From Verrucomicrobiota bacterium (lineage in GTDB: Bacteria > Verrucomicrobiota > Verrucomicrobiia > Limisphaerales > BJHT01), in assembly GCA_043757645.1 (NCBI GenBank), contig JAYVOY010000555.1, forward strand, positions 1 through 44,272: DNA of 44,272 nt. Direction: 5' to 3'. Shown in pieces: positions 12,046-23,646 of this stretch; within the stretch, counting starts at the first letter, position 1; every line of letters begins with the position of its first letter. A model generated the notes under the pieces. It saw nothing but the letters and a program-made list of their open reading frames with translations, was not told the DNA's origin and ran no database searches. The translations under genes were made by a program, and so were the position numbers.

Positions 12046-15000
12046 ATGACTACCAAAGATTCGACACGCGAAATGCTGGGCTTGGACAAGGTCAACCTCG
12101 TTGACCACATTTCCATCAGCGTAGCTTCGCCGGACGCCATCCGCGCCTGGTCCAAGGGCGAGGTCAAGAACCCCGAAACGATCAACTACCGCACCTTCAA
12201 GCCGGAGAAGGGCGGTCTCTTCTGCGAACGCATCTTCGGTCCCGTCAAGGACTGGGAGTGCTCGTGCGGCAAGTATAAGCGCATCAAGCATCGCGGCGTG
12301 GTCTGCGATCGTTGCGGTGTGGAAGTCACCCTGAGCCGCGTGCGTCGCGAGCGGATGGGGCACATTGAACTCGCGGTGCCGGTGTCGCACATTTGGTTCT
12401 TCAAGTGCATGCCATCGCGGCTGGGACTTATCTTGGACATGACCGCCCGCCATCTCGAGCGGGTCATCTACTACGAAGACTACTTGGTTATTGATCCGGG
12501 CACGACACCGCTCAAGCAGAATCAGTTGCTCACCGAGTTGGAGTTCCGCGAAGCGCGCGAAACTTACGGTGCAGATGCCTTTGTCGCGAAGATGGGTGCC
12601 GAGGCGGTGCGCGAGGCGATGGCCCGGGTGGAGTTGCAAAAAGGCATCGATCAGCTCGAGATCGCGATGACCGAGACCAAGAGCAAACAGATTCGCAAGA
12701 AGCTGGCCAAGCGGATCAAGCTATTCCAGGGTTTCCTCGGTTCGAAGGCGCGCCCGGAATGGATGATCATTACGGTGCTGCCGGTGATTCCGCCGGACCT
12801 GCGCCCGTTGGTGCCACTCGAAGGGGGACGTTTCGCGACCTCCGATCTGAACGATCTCTATCGCCGGGTAATCAACCGTAACAATCGGTTGAAGAACCTT
12901 CTCCAACTCAAGACGCCCGAAGTCATCATCCGCAACGAGAAGCGCATGTTGCAGGAAGCCGTGGACGCCTTATTCGACAACGGTCGTCACGGGCGCGCGG
13001 TCACGGGCGCGGGCAATCGCTCGCTCAAGTCCCTCTCGGACATGCTCAAGGGCAAGTCCGGTCGTTTCCGGCAGAACTTACTCGGCAAACGCGTGGACTA
13101 CTCGGGTCGTTCCGTCATCGTCATCGGACCGGAGTTGAAGCTGCATCAGTGCGGGCTGCCGAAGAAGATGGCCTTGGTCTTGTTCGAGCCGTTTATTATT
13201 CGCCGCTTGAAGGAGTTGGGCTATGTCCACACAGTCCGCAGCGCGAAGAAAATGATCGAGCGTCAATCGCCCGAAGTTTGGGACGTGTTGGAGGAAGTCA
13301 CCAAGGGGCACCCGGTGATGCTCAACCGCGCGCCGACACTGCACCGTCTTTCCATCCAAGCTTTCGAGCCAGTCTTGATCGAGGGCGAGGCTATCCGCAT
13401 TCACCCGCTGGTTTGCACCGCCTACAACGCTGACTTCGACGGTGACCAGATGGCTGTCCACGTGCCCCTATCCGTCGAGGCGCAGTTGGAAGCTCGGTTG
13501 TTGATGATGGCGACGAACAACATCTTCAGCCCGTCGAGTGGCAAGCCGATCATGACGCCGACCCAGGACATTACCCTGGGTTGCTACTATCTCACTGCGG
13601 AACCGCGCACAATTGGTCGCGGACCGGCGGCGACGCGCTTGAAGCTATTCGGTTCGAAGAGTGAAGTTATCTTCGCGCACATGGATGGCGCGGTGAACAC
13701 CCACGAGCGCATCCGCTTTGCGAATCCTGATATTGACCGCAAGTCAGTCTATGGCGTCGCCGACAAGAAGGTGATCGAGACCACGGTGGGTCGCGTCATC
13801 TTCAGCGAGGTCTGGCCGGAGGAACTGGGATTCATCAACAAGGTCGCGGGCAAAAGTCAATTGGGCGACATCATTTGGAATTGCTACAAACATTGCGGCC
13901 ACGAGAAGACCGTGGTGAGTCTGGACAAGCTCAAGGAACTCGGCTTCCAAGAAGCCACCCGCGCGGGTGTCTCGATCGGTATCGATGACATGATCATCCC
14001 GAAGGAGAAGGGGCAGGAGATTGAAAATGCGCAGAAGCAGATTGGCGAAGTGGAGAAGCAGTATCGCAAGGGTGTCATTACCCCGGGCGAACGCTACAAC
14101 AAGATCGTCGATATCTGGACGCATTGCACCGACCAGATCGCGGGCGTCATGCTCAAGACCTTCGAGCACAATCAGGGCAAGCGGGAGTATAACCCGGTAT
14201 CGTTGATGGTGGACTCGGGCGCGCGGGGTAACAAGCAGCAGGTCCGCCAGCTCGCGGGTTTGCGCGGGTTGATGGCCAAGCCTTCGGGTGACATTATCGA
14301 GAAGCCGATTCTTTCTAACTTCCGTGAAGGTCTGACCGTGCAGGAGTACTTCATCTCCACTCACGGGGCGCGCAAAGGTCTGGCCGACACCGCTCTCAAA
14401 ACCGCGGATTCCGGTTACATGACCCGCAAGCTCGTGGATGTGTCTCAGGATGTCATCATCCAAGAGCACGACTGCGGCACGACCAATGGTATCTGGGTTG
14501 AAGCCATTTACGAAGGTGAGGATGAGGTCGTCAAACTGAGCGAACGCATTGTCGGTCGCTTCTCGTGCGACGATCTTACCAATCCCACCGAACCTGGGGT
14601 TGCTGTGGTTCAGGCGAATGAGTCGATTGACGAAATCAAAGCCAAGGCTGTCGAGCGCGCCGGCATTGAGCGCGTCAAGATTCGCTCGGTGCTCACTTGC
14701 GAAAGCAAATACGGCATCTGCGTGAACTGTTACGGACGCAATCTCGCGACGGGCGGCTTGGTGAAACTCGGCGAGGCGGTTGGCATCATTGCCGCGCAAT
14801 CGATCGGTGAGCCTGGCACGCAGTTGACGATGCGGACGTTCCACATCGGTGGTACCGCGTCGCAGATCTTCAAGCAACCGCAGATCAAGGCCAAACACGA
14901 CGGCAAGCTTCGTTACAACGACCTCCGGCTTGTTGTTCTGCAGGATGGCAACAACATCGTGCTCAACAAGAACGGCTCGCTGTCCGTCCTCGACGACGAC

Positions 15001-16182
15001 GGCCGTGAGGTGGAAACGCACAACATCGTGATCGGTTCCGTCATTAGTGTGAAAGACGGCGGCCGGGTCAAGAAGGGCGAGACTTTCGTGCAATGGGATC
15101 CCTACAACGTTCCCATCTTGTCCGAGAAGGCGGGTCGCGTGCAGTTTAATGACATCATTGAAGGTGTCACGATGAAGCAGGAAGTCGATGAGACCACCGG
15201 TCAGGAAGCCATGGTTGTTATCGAACATAAGGAAGATTTGCATCCGCAGATCGTAATTCACGCGGACAATGGCGAAGTGATGGCCAACTATCCGATTCCT
15301 TCCGGAGCACATATCGTCGTCAACGAGGGTGACAAGATTGTCGCCGGTAGCTTGCTGGCGAAGACGCCCCGCAAAGTTTCCAAGACGAAGGACATCACTG
15401 GCGGTCTTCCGCGCGTTGCCGAGTTGTTCGAGGCGCGCCGTCCGAAAGACGCGGCGGACATCTCGAAGATCGACGGCATGGTGGACTTTGGTCCGAGTGT
15501 TCGCGGCAAGCGCTGCGTGCTCATCAAGGATCCGAAGACCGCGATCGAGGAAGAGCATCTCATCCCGATCGGCAAGCACGTTATTGTCTTCAAGGGTGAC
15601 TTTGTCCGCAAAGGACAGCAGCTCACCGAAGGCCCCGTGGTGCCGCACGAAATTCTTGAGGTCTGCGGTACCCAGGAATTGCAGGAGCACTTGGTCAACG
15701 AGGTTCAGGAGGTCTATCGCCTCCAGGGCGTGACCATCAATGACAAGCACATTGAGATCATTGTGCGGCAGATGTTGCGCAAGGTGCGGATCACCGAGCC
15801 GGGCGACACACTCTTCCTGTGGGGCGAACAGATCGACAAGATCGCGTTCGAGGAAGAGAACCAGCGCGTTGAGAAAATCGGCGGCAAACCCGCCGAGGCT
15901 CAACCCGTGTTGCTGGGCATCACAAAAGCCTCGCTCGAGACCGACAGCTTCCTCAGCGCCGCGTCGTTCCAGGACACCACCCGGGTGCTCACGGAAGCCG
16001 CGACGATGGGCAAGGTCGATTACCTGCGTGGCTTCAAGGAGAACGTCATCATGGGCCACATCATCCCGGCGGGATCCGGTTTTTACCTGCACCGCAATAT
16101 CAAACTCAAGCCGCTGGTCGAGCCGATCCCGGCGGCGGAAAAGCCCGCGGAAACCGGCGCGGCCCTCGAACTGGCGGGTTGA
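12046..16182 (+). CDS. rpoC: DNA-directed RNA polymerase subunit beta'
   Basis: 1378 aa; zinc motif [20 protein letters not shown], catalytic [12 protein letters not shown]. Confidence 0.98.
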   Translation: MTTKDSTREMLGLDKVNLVDHISISVASPDAIRAWSKGEVKNPETINYRTFKPEKGGLFCERIFGPVKDWECSCGKYKRIKHRGVVCDRCGVEVTLSRVRRERMGHIELAVPVSHIWFFKCMPSRLGLILDMTARHLERVIYYEDYLVIDPGTTPLKQNQLLTELEFREARETYGADAFVAKMGAEAVREAMARVELQKGIDQLEIAMTETKSKQIRKKLAKRIKLFQGFLGSKARPEWMIITVLPVIPPDLRPLVPLEGGRFATSDLNDLYRRVINRNNRLKNLLQLKTPEVIIRNEKRMLQEAVDALFDNGRHGRAVTGAGNRSLKSLSDMLKGKSGRFRQNLLGKRVDYSGRSVIVIGPELKLHQCGLPKKMALVLFEPFIIRRLKELGYVHTVRSAKKMIERQSPEVWDVLEEVTKGHPVMLNRAPTLHRLSIQAFEPVLIEGEAIRIHPLVCTAYNADFDGDQMAVHVPLSVEAQLEARLLMMATNNIFSPSSGKPIMTPTQDITLGCYYLTAEPRTIGRGPAATRLKLFGSKSEVIFAHMDGAVNTHERIRFANPDIDRKSVYGVADKKVIETTVGRVIFSEVWPEELGFINKVAGKSQLGDIIWNCYKHCGHEKTVVSLDKLKELGFQEATRAGVSIGIDDMIIPKEKGQEIENAQKQIGEVEKQYRKGVITPGERYNKIVDIWTHCTDQIAGVMLKTFEHNQGKREYNPVSLMVDSGARGNKQQVRQLAGLRGLMAKPSGDIIEKPILSNFREGLTVQEYFISTHGARKGLADTALKTADSGYMTRKLVDVSQDVIIQEHDCGTTNGIWVEAIYEGEDEVVKLSERIVGRFSCDDLTNPTEPGVAVVQANESIDEIKAKAVERAGIERVKIRSVLTCESKYGICVNCYGRNLATGGLVKLGEAVGIIAAQSIGEPGTQLTMRTFHIGGTASQIFKQPQIKAKHDGKLRYNDLRLVVLQDGNNIVLNKNGSLSVLDDDGREVETHNIVIGSVISVKDGGRVKKGETFVQWDPYNVPILSEKAGRVQFNDIIEGVTMKQEVDETTGQEAMVVIEHKEDLHPQIVIHADNGEVMANYPIPSGAHIVVNEGDKIVAGSLLAKTPRKVSKTKDITGGLPRVAELFEARRPKDAADISKIDGMVDFGPSVRGKRCVLIKDPKTAIEEEHLIPIGKHVIVFKGDFVRKGQQLTEGPVVPHEILEVCGTQELQEHLVNEVQEVYRLQGVTINDKHIEIIVRQMLRKVRITEPGDTLFLWGEQIDKIAFEEENQRVEKIGGKPAEAQPVLLGITKASLETDSFLSAASFQDTTRVLTEAATMGKVDYLRGFKENVIMGHIIPAGSGFYLHRNIKLKPLVEPIPAAEKPAETGAALELAG

Positions 16183-16239
16183 GCAAACCCTTGGAAACAT
16201 TGCCTCAAATCCTGTTTCCAAAATATTTCACAAAAACTG

Positions 16240-16267
16240 TTGCACCCGAAAATCCAATTGCTATTAT
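16240..16267 (+). promoter_or_regulatory. sigma70-like promoter candidate (TTGCAC-16 nt-TATTAT) with UP-like tract, upstream of rpsL
   Basis: -35 at 16240-16245 and -10 at 16262-16267. The upstream tract ttccaaaatatttcacaaaaactg closely matches the tract upstream of the 3094 candidate. Confidence 0.45.
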
Positions 16268-16325
16268 CCGCGTCCCGTTTCCTCGGAAATGGGAATACCT
16301 CGCTGAAAAATAGCGAACCAAAGTA

Positions 16326-16727
16326 ATGCCGACGATCAACCAACTTGTCCGAAAAGGACGAAACAAAATTGTCTATAAGTCGAAGTCTCCGGCCTTGGAG
16401 TCTGCGCCTTATCGTCGCGGCGTCTGCTTGCAGGTGATGACCCGCACGCCCAAGAAGCCCAACTCGGCGATGCGGAAGGTGGCCAAAGTCCGGCTGACCA
16501 ATGGGTATGAGATCATCGCCTACATCCCGGACGAAGGTCACAATTTGCAGGAGCACTCGATTGTCCTGGTGCGCGGCGGTCGTGTGAAGGATTTGCCGGG
16601 TGTTCGTTATCACATCGTCCGCGGGACGCTGGACGCCGCCGGGGTGGAGAAGCGCCGCGTGAGTCGTTCCAAGTATGGTGTCAAGCGGCCCAAGGCCCCC
16701 AAGCCGGGTGCCGCGGCGGCCAAGTAA
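16326..16727 (+). CDS. rpsL: 30S ribosomal protein S12
   Basis: [51 protein letters not shown].. canonical S12. Confidence 0.98.
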   Translation: MPTINQLVRKGRNKIVYKSKSPALESAPYRRGVCLQVMTRTPKKPNSAMRKVAKVRLTNGYEIIAYIPDEGHNLQEHSIVLVRGGRVKDLPGVRYHIVRGTLDAAGVEKRRVSRSKYGVKRPKAPKPGAAAAK

Positions 16728-16749
16728 CTTTGACGAAGTAGAATAGAAT

Positions 16750-17223
16750 ATGTCACGTCGTCGCAAAACAATTACCAAGCATTGGAAACCCGATGCCAAA
16801 TACAACAGCGTTTTGGTAACGCGCTTCATCAACACTGTGATGCGCTGGGGTAAAAAGACAGTTGCCCAGCGGATCGTGGATCAGGCGTTCGCCAAGCTCA
16901 CGGAAAAGATGCCCGAAGCCAACCCGCTGGATGTCCTGCAAAAAGCCGTGGACAACGCCAAGCCGCGGTTGGAAGTCAAGCCCCGCCGGGTCGGTGGTGC
17001 CACCTATCAGATCCCGATGGAGGTTCCCTCGGATCGCTCCTCTTCGCTGGCGATGCGCTGGATAGTTAATTTCGCCGACTCCCGCAAAGGGGTGCCGATG
17101 ATGGAAGCCTTGGCGGCGGAAATCATTGAAGCCTATCAAGGGCAGGGGAATGCCATCCGCAAACGCGACGAGGTTCACAAGATGGCGCAGGCCAACAAGG
17201 CGTTCGCACATTTTCGCTGGTAA
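16750..17223 (+). CDS. rpsG: 30S ribosomal protein S7
   Basis: MSRRRKTITKHWKPDAKYNSVLVTRFIN.. ..AFAHFRW canonical S7. Confidence 0.97.
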   Translation: MSRRRKTITKHWKPDAKYNSVLVTRFINTVMRWGKKTVAQRIVDQAFAKLTEKMPEANPLDVLQKAVDNAKPRLEVKPRRVGGATYQIPMEVPSDRSSSLAMRWIVNFADSRKGVPMMEALAAEIIEAYQGQGNAIRKRDEVHKMAQANKAFAHFRW

Positions 17224-17239
17224 CCCCCCCACATTTTCA

Positions 17240-17275
17240 ACGCCCTGAATGCGTTAGCAAGTTCAGGGCGTTTTT
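17240..17275 (+). terminator. strong intrinsic-terminator-type hairpin between rpsG and fusA
   Basis: 10-bp stem acgccctgaa / ttcagggcgt with a 12-nt loop, followed directly by ttttt (17271-17275). Confidence 0.65.
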
Positions 17276-17303
17276 AATCTCAATCTTTTAGAAACAGCCG
17301 GTA

Positions 17304-19478
17304 ATGGACAGCACTAAACAACCGAATGCAGCCGGGCGAACCTTTACGCTCGAACGCACCCGCAACATCGGGATTGCCGCGCACATTGATGCCGGCAAGA
17401 CCACGACGACCGAGCGGATACTCTTCTACACGGGCCTGATCCATAAGATCGGCGACGTGGATGATGGCAACACGGTCACGGATTGGATGGAGCAGGAACG
17501 CGAACGCGGGATTACCATCACTTCGGCGGCGGTTACTTGCTTTTGGACTCAGAAGCCCGAGGCGGGCTTGGAAAAGATGTTCACGGGGCTGGCCAATCGG
17601 GTCAACATTATCGACACCCCGGGACACGTGGATTTCACCGCCGAAGTCGAGCGTTCGATGCGGGTTTTGGATGGCGCGGTGGCGGTGTTCTGTGGTGTTG
17701 CCGGCGTGCAGCCGCAATCCGAAACGGTGTGGCGGCAAGCCACCAAGTACAAAGTTCCCCGCATTGCCTTTGTCAATAAGATGGACCGGACCGGGGCCAA
17801 TTTTGACAATGCGCTGAATGATATGCGCAAGAAATTGGGTGCCTATGCGTTCCCTATTTATCTGCCCATCGGCGCGGAAGACCATTTCTCGGGAGTCATC
17901 GACTTGGTTAATCAGAAAGCCGTGGTTTGGGGTCCGGAAGAGGTCGTCAACGAGGGGTTAAAATACGACATTCAAGAAATCCCGGAGAACCTCAAAGAGA
18001 AATCGAAGAAAGCGTTGGCGGAATTGATCGATGCGGTCTCGAACAAAGATGATGAGATAGCCGAATTGGTGCTTGCGGAAAAGCCCATCGCTCCGCTGGT
18101 TCTCAAGGCGGCCATTCGCCGGCTCACTTGCAAGATTGAATTTATCCCGGTGATTTGTGGTTCCGCCTTTAAGAAAAAGGGCGTTCAGACCCTGCTCGAC
18201 GCAGTGGTCGATTACCTACCCAGTCCGCTCGACATTCCCCCTGCCCAGGGGTTGGAGCCGGGCACGGACCTCAAGATAACGGTTCCGACCAACGATCACG
18301 AGAAGTTCTGTTCCCTCGCCTTCAAATTGTGGACGGATACCTATGCTGGGAAACTGGTCTTCTTCCGGGTTTATTCCGGACAATTGAAGAAGGGTGACAC
18401 CATTTACAACCCGCGCACCCGGCGTCGGGAGCGTGTGAGTCGCTTGATGGTCATTCAAGGCAGCGAACGCAAGGATATTGACCAGGTCTATGCCGGCGAC
18501 ATCGCCGCGTTGGTTGGATTGCGCAACATCACGACGGGTGACACGCTCTGCGAAGAGTCGTTCGACGTGACCCTCGAACCGCCGACCTTTCCCGAACCCG
18601 TCATCAGCATGGCGGTCGAGCCGAAAACCAAGGCCGATCAGGAAAAGATGTCCACGGGTTTGCAGCGTTTGTCGGAGGAAGACCCGACGTTCCGTTGCTT
18701 TACCAACGAAGAGACCAGTCAACTGATTATCGCCGGCATGGGTGAATTGCACTTGGAGATCATCATTGATCGCCTCAAGCGCGAATTCAAAGTCGAGGCC
18801 AATTCCGGTGCTCCGCAAATTGCTTATCGCGAAACCATCACCAAACCGGCTGAGGGCGAGGGTAAGTTCATCCGGCAGTCCGGTGGGCGCGGGCAATACG
18901 GTCACGCGTGCGTCACGATCGAGCCCAACGAAAAGGGCAAGGGCGTTGAGGTTCTCAACAAGACGGTCGGCGGTTCTATCCCCCGGGAATTCGTTGGTGC
19001 GGTCATCGACGGTATCGAAGAAGCCTGTCGCACCGGAGTTTACGCCGGCTATCAAGTCATTGATGTGAAGGTGGCCATCGTGGACGGTAGCTTCCATGAA
19101 GTGGACTCGAACGAATTGGCGTTCAAAATGGCTGGGATCTTCGCGCTGAAAGATGCGTTTAAGAATGCGGGACCGATCATTCTCGAGCCAATCATGAAGG
19201 TCGAGGTCGCCACCCCTGACGAGTATCAGGGGGATTTGCTGGGTGATATCAATCGTCGTCGTGGCATTATCCAAGGTGTGGATGCCAAGGCTGGTCAGAC
19301 GATGTTGAATGCGCATGTGCCGCTGGCCGAAATGTTCGGTTATGCCACGGCGATCCGCTCGCTCTCGAAGGGGCGTGCTTCTTATTCGATGGAACCACTG
19401 AGCTTTGAACAGGTGCCGAGCAGTGTGGCGAAGGCAATTCTGGACACCGCGAAATCGCGACCTGCGGCTCGCACTTAA
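17304..19478 (+). CDS. fusA: elongation factor G
   Basis: ..RNIGIAAHIDAGKTTTTERILFYTG.., ..IIDTPGHVDFT.., NKMDR; 724 aa. Confidence 0.98.
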   Translation: MDSTKQPNAAGRTFTLERTRNIGIAAHIDAGKTTTTERILFYTGLIHKIGDVDDGNTVTDWMEQERERGITITSAAVTCFWTQKPEAGLEKMFTGLANRVNIIDTPGHVDFTAEVERSMRVLDGAVAVFCGVAGVQPQSETVWRQATKYKVPRIAFVNKMDRTGANFDNALNDMRKKLGAYAFPIYLPIGAEDHFSGVIDLVNQKAVVWGPEEVVNEGLKYDIQEIPENLKEKSKKALAELIDAVSNKDDEIAELVLAEKPIAPLVLKAAIRRLTCKIEFIPVICGSAFKKKGVQTLLDAVVDYLPSPLDIPPAQGLEPGTDLKITVPTNDHEKFCSLAFKLWTDTYAGKLVFFRVYSGQLKKGDTIYNPRTRRRERVSRLMVIQGSERKDIDQVYAGDIAALVGLRNITTGDTLCEESFDVTLEPPTFPEPVISMAVEPKTKADQEKMSTGLQRLSEEDPTFRCFTNEETSQLIIAGMGELHLEIIIDRLKREFKVEANSGAPQIAYRETITKPAEGEGKFIRQSGGRGQYGHACVTIEPNEKGKGVEVLNKTVGGSIPREFVGAVIDGIEEACRTGVYAGYQVIDVKVAIVDGSFHEVDSNELAFKMAGIFALKDAFKNAGPIILEPIMKVEVATPDEYQGDLLGDINRRRGIIQGVDAKAGQTMLNAHVPLAEMFGYATAIRSLSKGRASYSMEPLSFEQVPSSVAKAILDTAKSRPAART

Positions 19479-19491
19479 CCTATAAATTTGT

Positions 19492-19800
19492 ATGGCTGGA
19501 CAACATATACGCATTCGTCTGAAGGCTTACGATCATCGGGTCGTGGATCAATCCGCTCGGGACATCGTCGATACCGTCAAACGGACGGGAGCCCGGGTCG
19601 CCGGACCCATTCCGCTTCCGACCCGCGTCGAACGGCACACGGTTCACCGCTCCCCGCACGTCGATAAGAAATCGATGGAGACGTTTGAGCAACGCACGCA
19701 CAAACGGCTTTTGGATATCATCGAACCGACGGCGAAGACCGTCGATGAGTTGAAGAAGTTGAATCTTCCGGCTGGCGTCGAGATTACCATTAAGATCTAG
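19492..19800 (+). CDS. rpsJ: 30S ribosomal protein S10
   Basis: [34 protein letters not shown].. canonical S10. Confidence 0.97.
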   Translation: MAGQHIRIRLKAYDHRVVDQSARDIVDTVKRTGARVAGPIPLPTRVERHTVHRSPHVDKKSMETFEQRTHKRLLDIIEPTAKTVDELKKLNLPAGVEITIKI

Positions 19801-19803
19801 TTT

Positions 19804-20538
19804 ATGATTGGCTTGCTTGGAAAAAAAATCGGCCAGACGCGCGTCTATGACGCCCGCGGTGGCGTCGTGTGTGTGACTGTCGTGCAGGCGGGTCCCAATC
19901 GTGTCGTCCAAGTGCGGACGCAGGAGAAGGATGGTTACAACGCCGTGCAGTTGGGCTTTGGCGAGCAAAAGGAATCGCGCCTGACCAAGCCCGCACTGGG
20001 ACACTTGCAGAAGCATTCGGCGACTCCGGTCAAGCGTTTGAAAGAGTTCCGGGATTTCTCGCTAACCGTGAAGCCAGGTGACATTTTGGGCGCGGGCATT
20101 TTCACCAAGGGTGACTTTGTTGATGCCATCGGCATCACCAAGGGGCGTGGCTTTGAAGGTGTCGTGAAACGGCACAAGTTCGCCGGCGGCGACATGACCC
20201 ACGGTGCCAAGGGATGGCATCGTCGCTCGGGTGCCATTGGTCAACGCTTGTTTCCGGGCACGGTTATGCGCGGCCTGCGTATGCCGGGTCACATGGGTCA
20301 GGATTCACGAACCACCCAGAACTTGGAGATAATTCAGGTTCGTGAATCGGAGAACCTACTCCTAGTCAAGGGATCGATTCCCGGAGCGAAGGGTGATTTT
20401 GTCCTGATCCGCGAGGCCAAAAAATTGCCGAAGGGTTCCGCTGTGGCGGCTGCCCGCGGCAAACGCGGCGAACCTACTGCCAAGAAATCTGCGGCTGGCA
20501 AGGCCGGTGCCGCTGCTGCGGCCGCCAAGAAGAAGTAA
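19804..20538 (+). CDS. rplC: 50S ribosomal protein L3 (with Lys/Ala-rich C-terminal tail)
   Basis: MIGLLGKKIGQTRVYD.. ..GITKGRGFEGVVKRHKFAGG.. L3 core; tail ..[18 protein letters not shown]. Confidence 0.96.
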   Translation: MIGLLGKKIGQTRVYDARGGVVCVTVVQAGPNRVVQVRTQEKDGYNAVQLGFGEQKESRLTKPALGHLQKHSATPVKRLKEFRDFSLTVKPGDILGAGIFTKGDFVDAIGITKGRGFEGVVKRHKFAGGDMTHGAKGWHRRSGAIGQRLFPGTVMRGLRMPGHMGQDSRTTQNLEIIQVRESENLLLVKGSIPGAKGDFVLIREAKKLPKGSAVAAARGKRGEPTAKKSAAGKAGAAAAAAKKK

Positions 20539-20551
20539 TTAAGCGATTCGC

Positions 20552-21172
20552 ATGAAACTTAAAATTCACGACGCAAATGGTAATCCGAATGGCGAGATTG
20601 ACGTTCCGTTTACGCTCATCGAGAACGCCAAAGGCACCCAGGCAGTGCATGACTCGGTGGTCGCCTTCCGCGCCGGTCAACGCGCCGGCACGGCCTGTAC
20701 GAAAACGGCTGGCGAAGTCGCTGGTACGAATAAGAAGCCGTGGCGGCAAAAGGGCACGGGTCGCGCCCGTGCCGGCTCCTTCCAATCTCCTCTCTGGCGT
20801 GGCGGTGGCGTGGTCTTCGGACCGCGGCCGCGTGACTTCAGCAAGAAGGTCAACCGCAAAAGTCAGCAGCTCGCCTTCCACAAAGCGTTCAGTGAACGGT
20901 TGGTGATGGGTGATGTGGTGATCTTGGAAGACATCAAGCTCGCTTCGGCCAAGACCAAAGACTTCATTAAGATGATGGATGCGTTGAACCTTGAGGGCAC
21001 GGCGCTGATCGTCACCGGTGACTTGAATGCCACGCTGCTGCAAGCCTCCCGCAATGTGCCGCTGGTCGAAGTGACCACTGGCTCCAACGTCAACGCCTAT
21101 CAGGTGTTGAAGTATGACAAACTCATTGTCACCAAATCCGCTCTGGAGAGCATCGGCAAGCGCATCAACTAG
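20552..21172 (+). CDS. rplD: 50S ribosomal protein L4
   Basis: ..KKPWRQKGTGRARAGSFQSPLWRGGGVVFGPRPRDF.. L4 signature. Confidence 0.96.
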   Translation: MKLKIHDANGNPNGEIDVPFTLIENAKGTQAVHDSVVAFRAGQRAGTACTKTAGEVAGTNKKPWRQKGTGRARAGSFQSPLWRGGGVVFGPRPRDFSKKVNRKSQQLAFHKAFSERLVMGDVVILEDIKLASAKTKDFIKMMDALNLEGTALIVTGDLNATLLQASRNVPLVEVTTGSNVNAYQVLKYDKLIVTKSALESIGKRIN

Positions 21173-21178
21173 ACCAAC

Positions 21179-21460
21179 ATGAACGCCTTTGATGTAATTA
21201 AGACGGTGCGACTTACCGAGAAGGGCACCACGCAAGCCTCGAAGTTCAATCAATACACCCTGGTCGCGGACCGTCGCGCCAATAAGATTGAGATTCGGCA
21301 GGCGGTTGAAGAGCTGTTTAAGGTCACCGTGATTAGTGTCAACACGAGCAATATGCTTGGCAAAGCCCGCCGTCAGCGCACCGCGCAGGCTGGTTCCGAC
21401 TCCGACTGGAAAAAGGCCATTGTTACCCTGAAGAAGGGTGACAAAATCAACCTCACTTAA
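21179..21460 (+). CDS. rplW: 50S ribosomal protein L23
   Basis: 93 aa between L4 and L2; ..LTEKGT..NQYTLVADRRANKIEIRQAVEELFKV... Confidence 0.94.
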   Translation: MNAFDVIKTVRLTEKGTTQASKFNQYTLVADRRANKIEIRQAVEELFKVTVISVNTSNMLGKARRQRTAQAGSDSDWKKAIVTLKKGDKINLT

Positions 21461-21463
21461 TTT

Positions 21464-22312
21464 ATGCCCGTTAAGAGCTTTAGACCCCTCACGCCGTCGT
21501 CGCGATATGTGACGATTGCGTCCTTCGACGAAATCACCAAGGCGAAGCCCGAGCGCAATCTCATTGAGATTCGCAAGAAGACCGGCGGACGGAACGCCTA
21601 TGGGCGGATGACCAGTCGCGGCATTGGCGGCGGTGCCAAACAGAAGCATCGCATTGTCGATTTCAAGCGCCAACGCAAGGCGGGCATTGAGGCCAAGGTT
21701 ATCGCCATTGAATATGATCCGCTGCGCACGGCCCGGCTGGCGCTGTTGGAATATAAAGATGGTGAGAAAGCCTATATGCTGGCACCGATGGGTCTCCAAG
21801 TGGGAGTCACCCTGATGAGTGGACCGGCGGCGCATCCTGGAATTGGGAATTGTTTGCCGTTGAAATTCATCCCGGTGGGCTTGGACGTGCATAACATTGA
21901 ACTCATTCCGGGCAAGGGTAGTCAGATCGTCCGCTCGGCGGGTTCAAGCGCGGCGGTTATGTCCAAGGATGGCGGCTACGTTTTGGTGAGATTGCCGTCC
22001 GGCGAGATTCGCAAGATCAACGAGGATTGCTACGCGACTGTTGGGCAGGTGGGCAATGCCGAGCATGAGAATATCATTCTGGGCAAGGCGGGTCGTTCCC
22101 GGCATCGTGGTATTCGCGGCAAGACGCGCGCCGTCTGCAAAAACCCCGTCGATCACCCGATGGGTGGCGGTCAGGGCAAGACCAAGGGTGGGGGACATCC
22201 GGTGACTCCCTGGGGTGTGATCACCAAGGGTTACAAGACCCGTTCGATCCGCAAACAATCTGATCGTTTTATTCTGGTCCGCCGTGATGGTCGGCCGATG
22301 AAAATTCGCTAA
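21464..22312 (+). CDS. rplB: 50S ribosomal protein L2
   Basis: [15 protein letters not shown].., ..[25 protein letters not shown]... Confidence 0.98.
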   Translation: MPVKSFRPLTPSSRYVTIASFDEITKAKPERNLIEIRKKTGGRNAYGRMTSRGIGGGAKQKHRIVDFKRQRKAGIEAKVIAIEYDPLRTARLALLEYKDGEKAYMLAPMGLQVGVTLMSGPAAHPGIGNCLPLKFIPVGLDVHNIELIPGKGSQIVRSAGSSAAVMSKDGGYVLVRLPSGEIRKINEDCYATVGQVGNAEHENIILGKAGRSRHRGIRGKTRAVCKNPVDHPMGGGQGKTKGGGHPVTPWGVITKGYKTRSIRKQSDRFILVRRDGRPMKIR

Positions 22313-22320
22313 TAGAATCT

Positions 22321-22602
22321 ATGGGACGCTCCATTAAAAAGGGTCCGTTTATCGACCAGCATCTGCTGGATAAGATCAACAAGACCAAAGAAACGAAGTC
22401 GAAGGCGCCGATCAAAACCTGGTCGCGCCGCTCGATGATCACGCCCGATTTCGTCGGGATGACCTTCAACGTGCATAACGGCAAGATTTTCAACCCGGTG
22501 TTCGTGACCGAGAACATGGTGGGTCATCGCCTCGGTGAATTCTCACCGACCCGCACGTTCAAGAAACACGGGGCGCACACGGCCAAAGCGGAAGTCAAGT
22601 AA
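22321..22602 (+). CDS. rpsS: 30S ribosomal protein S19
   Basis: [16 protein letters not shown].. ..[16 protein letters not shown]... Confidence 0.98.
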   Translation: MGRSIKKGPFIDQHLLDKINKTKETKSKAPIKTWSRRSMITPDFVGMTFNVHNGKIFNPVFVTENMVGHRLGEFSPTRTFKKHGAHTAKAEVK

Positions 22603-22606
22603 ACTT

Positions 22607-22939
22607 ATGGAAGTCACTGCGATCACTAAAAACGTCCGGATGTCCGCGCAGAAGATGCGCGAGGTTGTCCGGCAGATTCAAGGGCTTCCCGCGCTGCACG
22701 CGCAGGCGGTGCTGGCGGCGGTGCCTCGCAAATCCGCGCGGGCCGTGGCGAAGACGCTACAGTCTGCGATTGCGAATGCGGAGAACAATAACAGCATGAA
22801 ACCCGAGAGTTTGCGGGTTAAGGAAGCTGTCGCGGGCGCGGGTCCGACCATCAAACGATTTATTCCGAAGGCGCGTGGCTCGGCCGGTCCGATCCTCAAA
22901 CGTAGCTGCCAGATTCGCATCGTGCTGACCGACAACTGA
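22607..22939 (+). CDS. rplV: 50S ribosomal protein L22
   Basis: [26 protein letters not shown].. from the ATG at 22607. The tracked ORF start at 22535 overlaps rpsS and is not needed. Confidence 0.95.
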   Translation: MEVTAITKNVRMSAQKMREVVRQIQGLPALHAQAVLAAVPRKSARAVAKTLQSAIANAENNNSMKPESLRVKEAVAGAGPTIKRFIPKARGSAGPILKRSCQIRIVLTDN

Positions 22940-22943
22940 TTTT

Positions 22944-23624
22944 ATGGGACAGAAAGTTAATCCTATCGGGTTTCGTATCGGAGTCACTCGCGACTGGCGC
23001 TCCAAGTGGTTCGCCGAGAAGAAGCAGTTCGGCCGCCTGCTCGCGGAGGATTTCAATATCCGCGCGCTGTTGAAGAAGAAGCTGGAATCGGCGTCGGTGC
23101 CCAAGATTTTGATCGAGCGCGCGGCTAATCGTTGCCGCATTACCATTCTTACCGCGCGTCCCGGGGTGGTTATCGGACGGAAGGGCGCGGACATTGACAA
23201 GCTCAAGGAAGAATTGGGCAAGATGACCGGCAAAGAGATTTATGTGGACATCCAGGAGGTTAAGACTCCGGAGATGGATGCCCAATTGGTGGCGGAGAAT
23301 ATCGCCATGCAGTTGGAACGCCGGGTGTCGTTTCGCCGGGCGATGAAGAAAGCGGTGCAAACCGCGATGGATTTTGGCGCGGAAGGTATTCGTGTGCGAG
23401 TGGCGGGCCGTTTGGGTGGCTCGGAAATCGCGCGGGTGGAGAAGTATCTGGAGGGCCGGGTGCCGCTGCATACCTTGCGGGCGAATATTGATTATGGCTT
23501 TAGCGAAGCCCACACCGTTTATGGCAAGATCGGCGTCAAATGCTGGGTTTGCCGTGGGGAGAACAAGCCGCAGAGGGCGCTAACTCCCGCCGGTGAAACA
23601 GCGGGCGCGGGCGTCGCGGCCTGA
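22944..23624 (+). CDS. rpsC: 30S ribosomal protein S3
   Basis: [24 protein letters not shown].. canonical S3. Confidence 0.98.
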   Translation: MGQKVNPIGFRIGVTRDWRSKWFAEKKQFGRLLAEDFNIRALLKKKLESASVPKILIERAANRCRITILTARPGVVIGRKGADIDKLKEELGKMTGKEIYVDIQEVKTPEMDAQLVAENIAMQLERRVSFRRAMKKAVQTAMDFGAEGIRVRVAGRLGGSEIARVEKYLEGRVPLHTLRANIDYGFSEAHTVYGKIGVKCWVCRGENKPQRALTPAGETAGAGVAA

Positions 23625-23646
23625 GCAATAATACCAAGGATTTTTT

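Noticed and set aside
16191-16221. Hairpin ttggaaaca(13 nt)tgtttccaa after rpoC as a terminator
   Set aside because: The stem is AT-rich with a large loop and no downstream T-run, and it overlaps the UP-like tract of the rpsL promoter candidate. The function is unclear, so it was not called.
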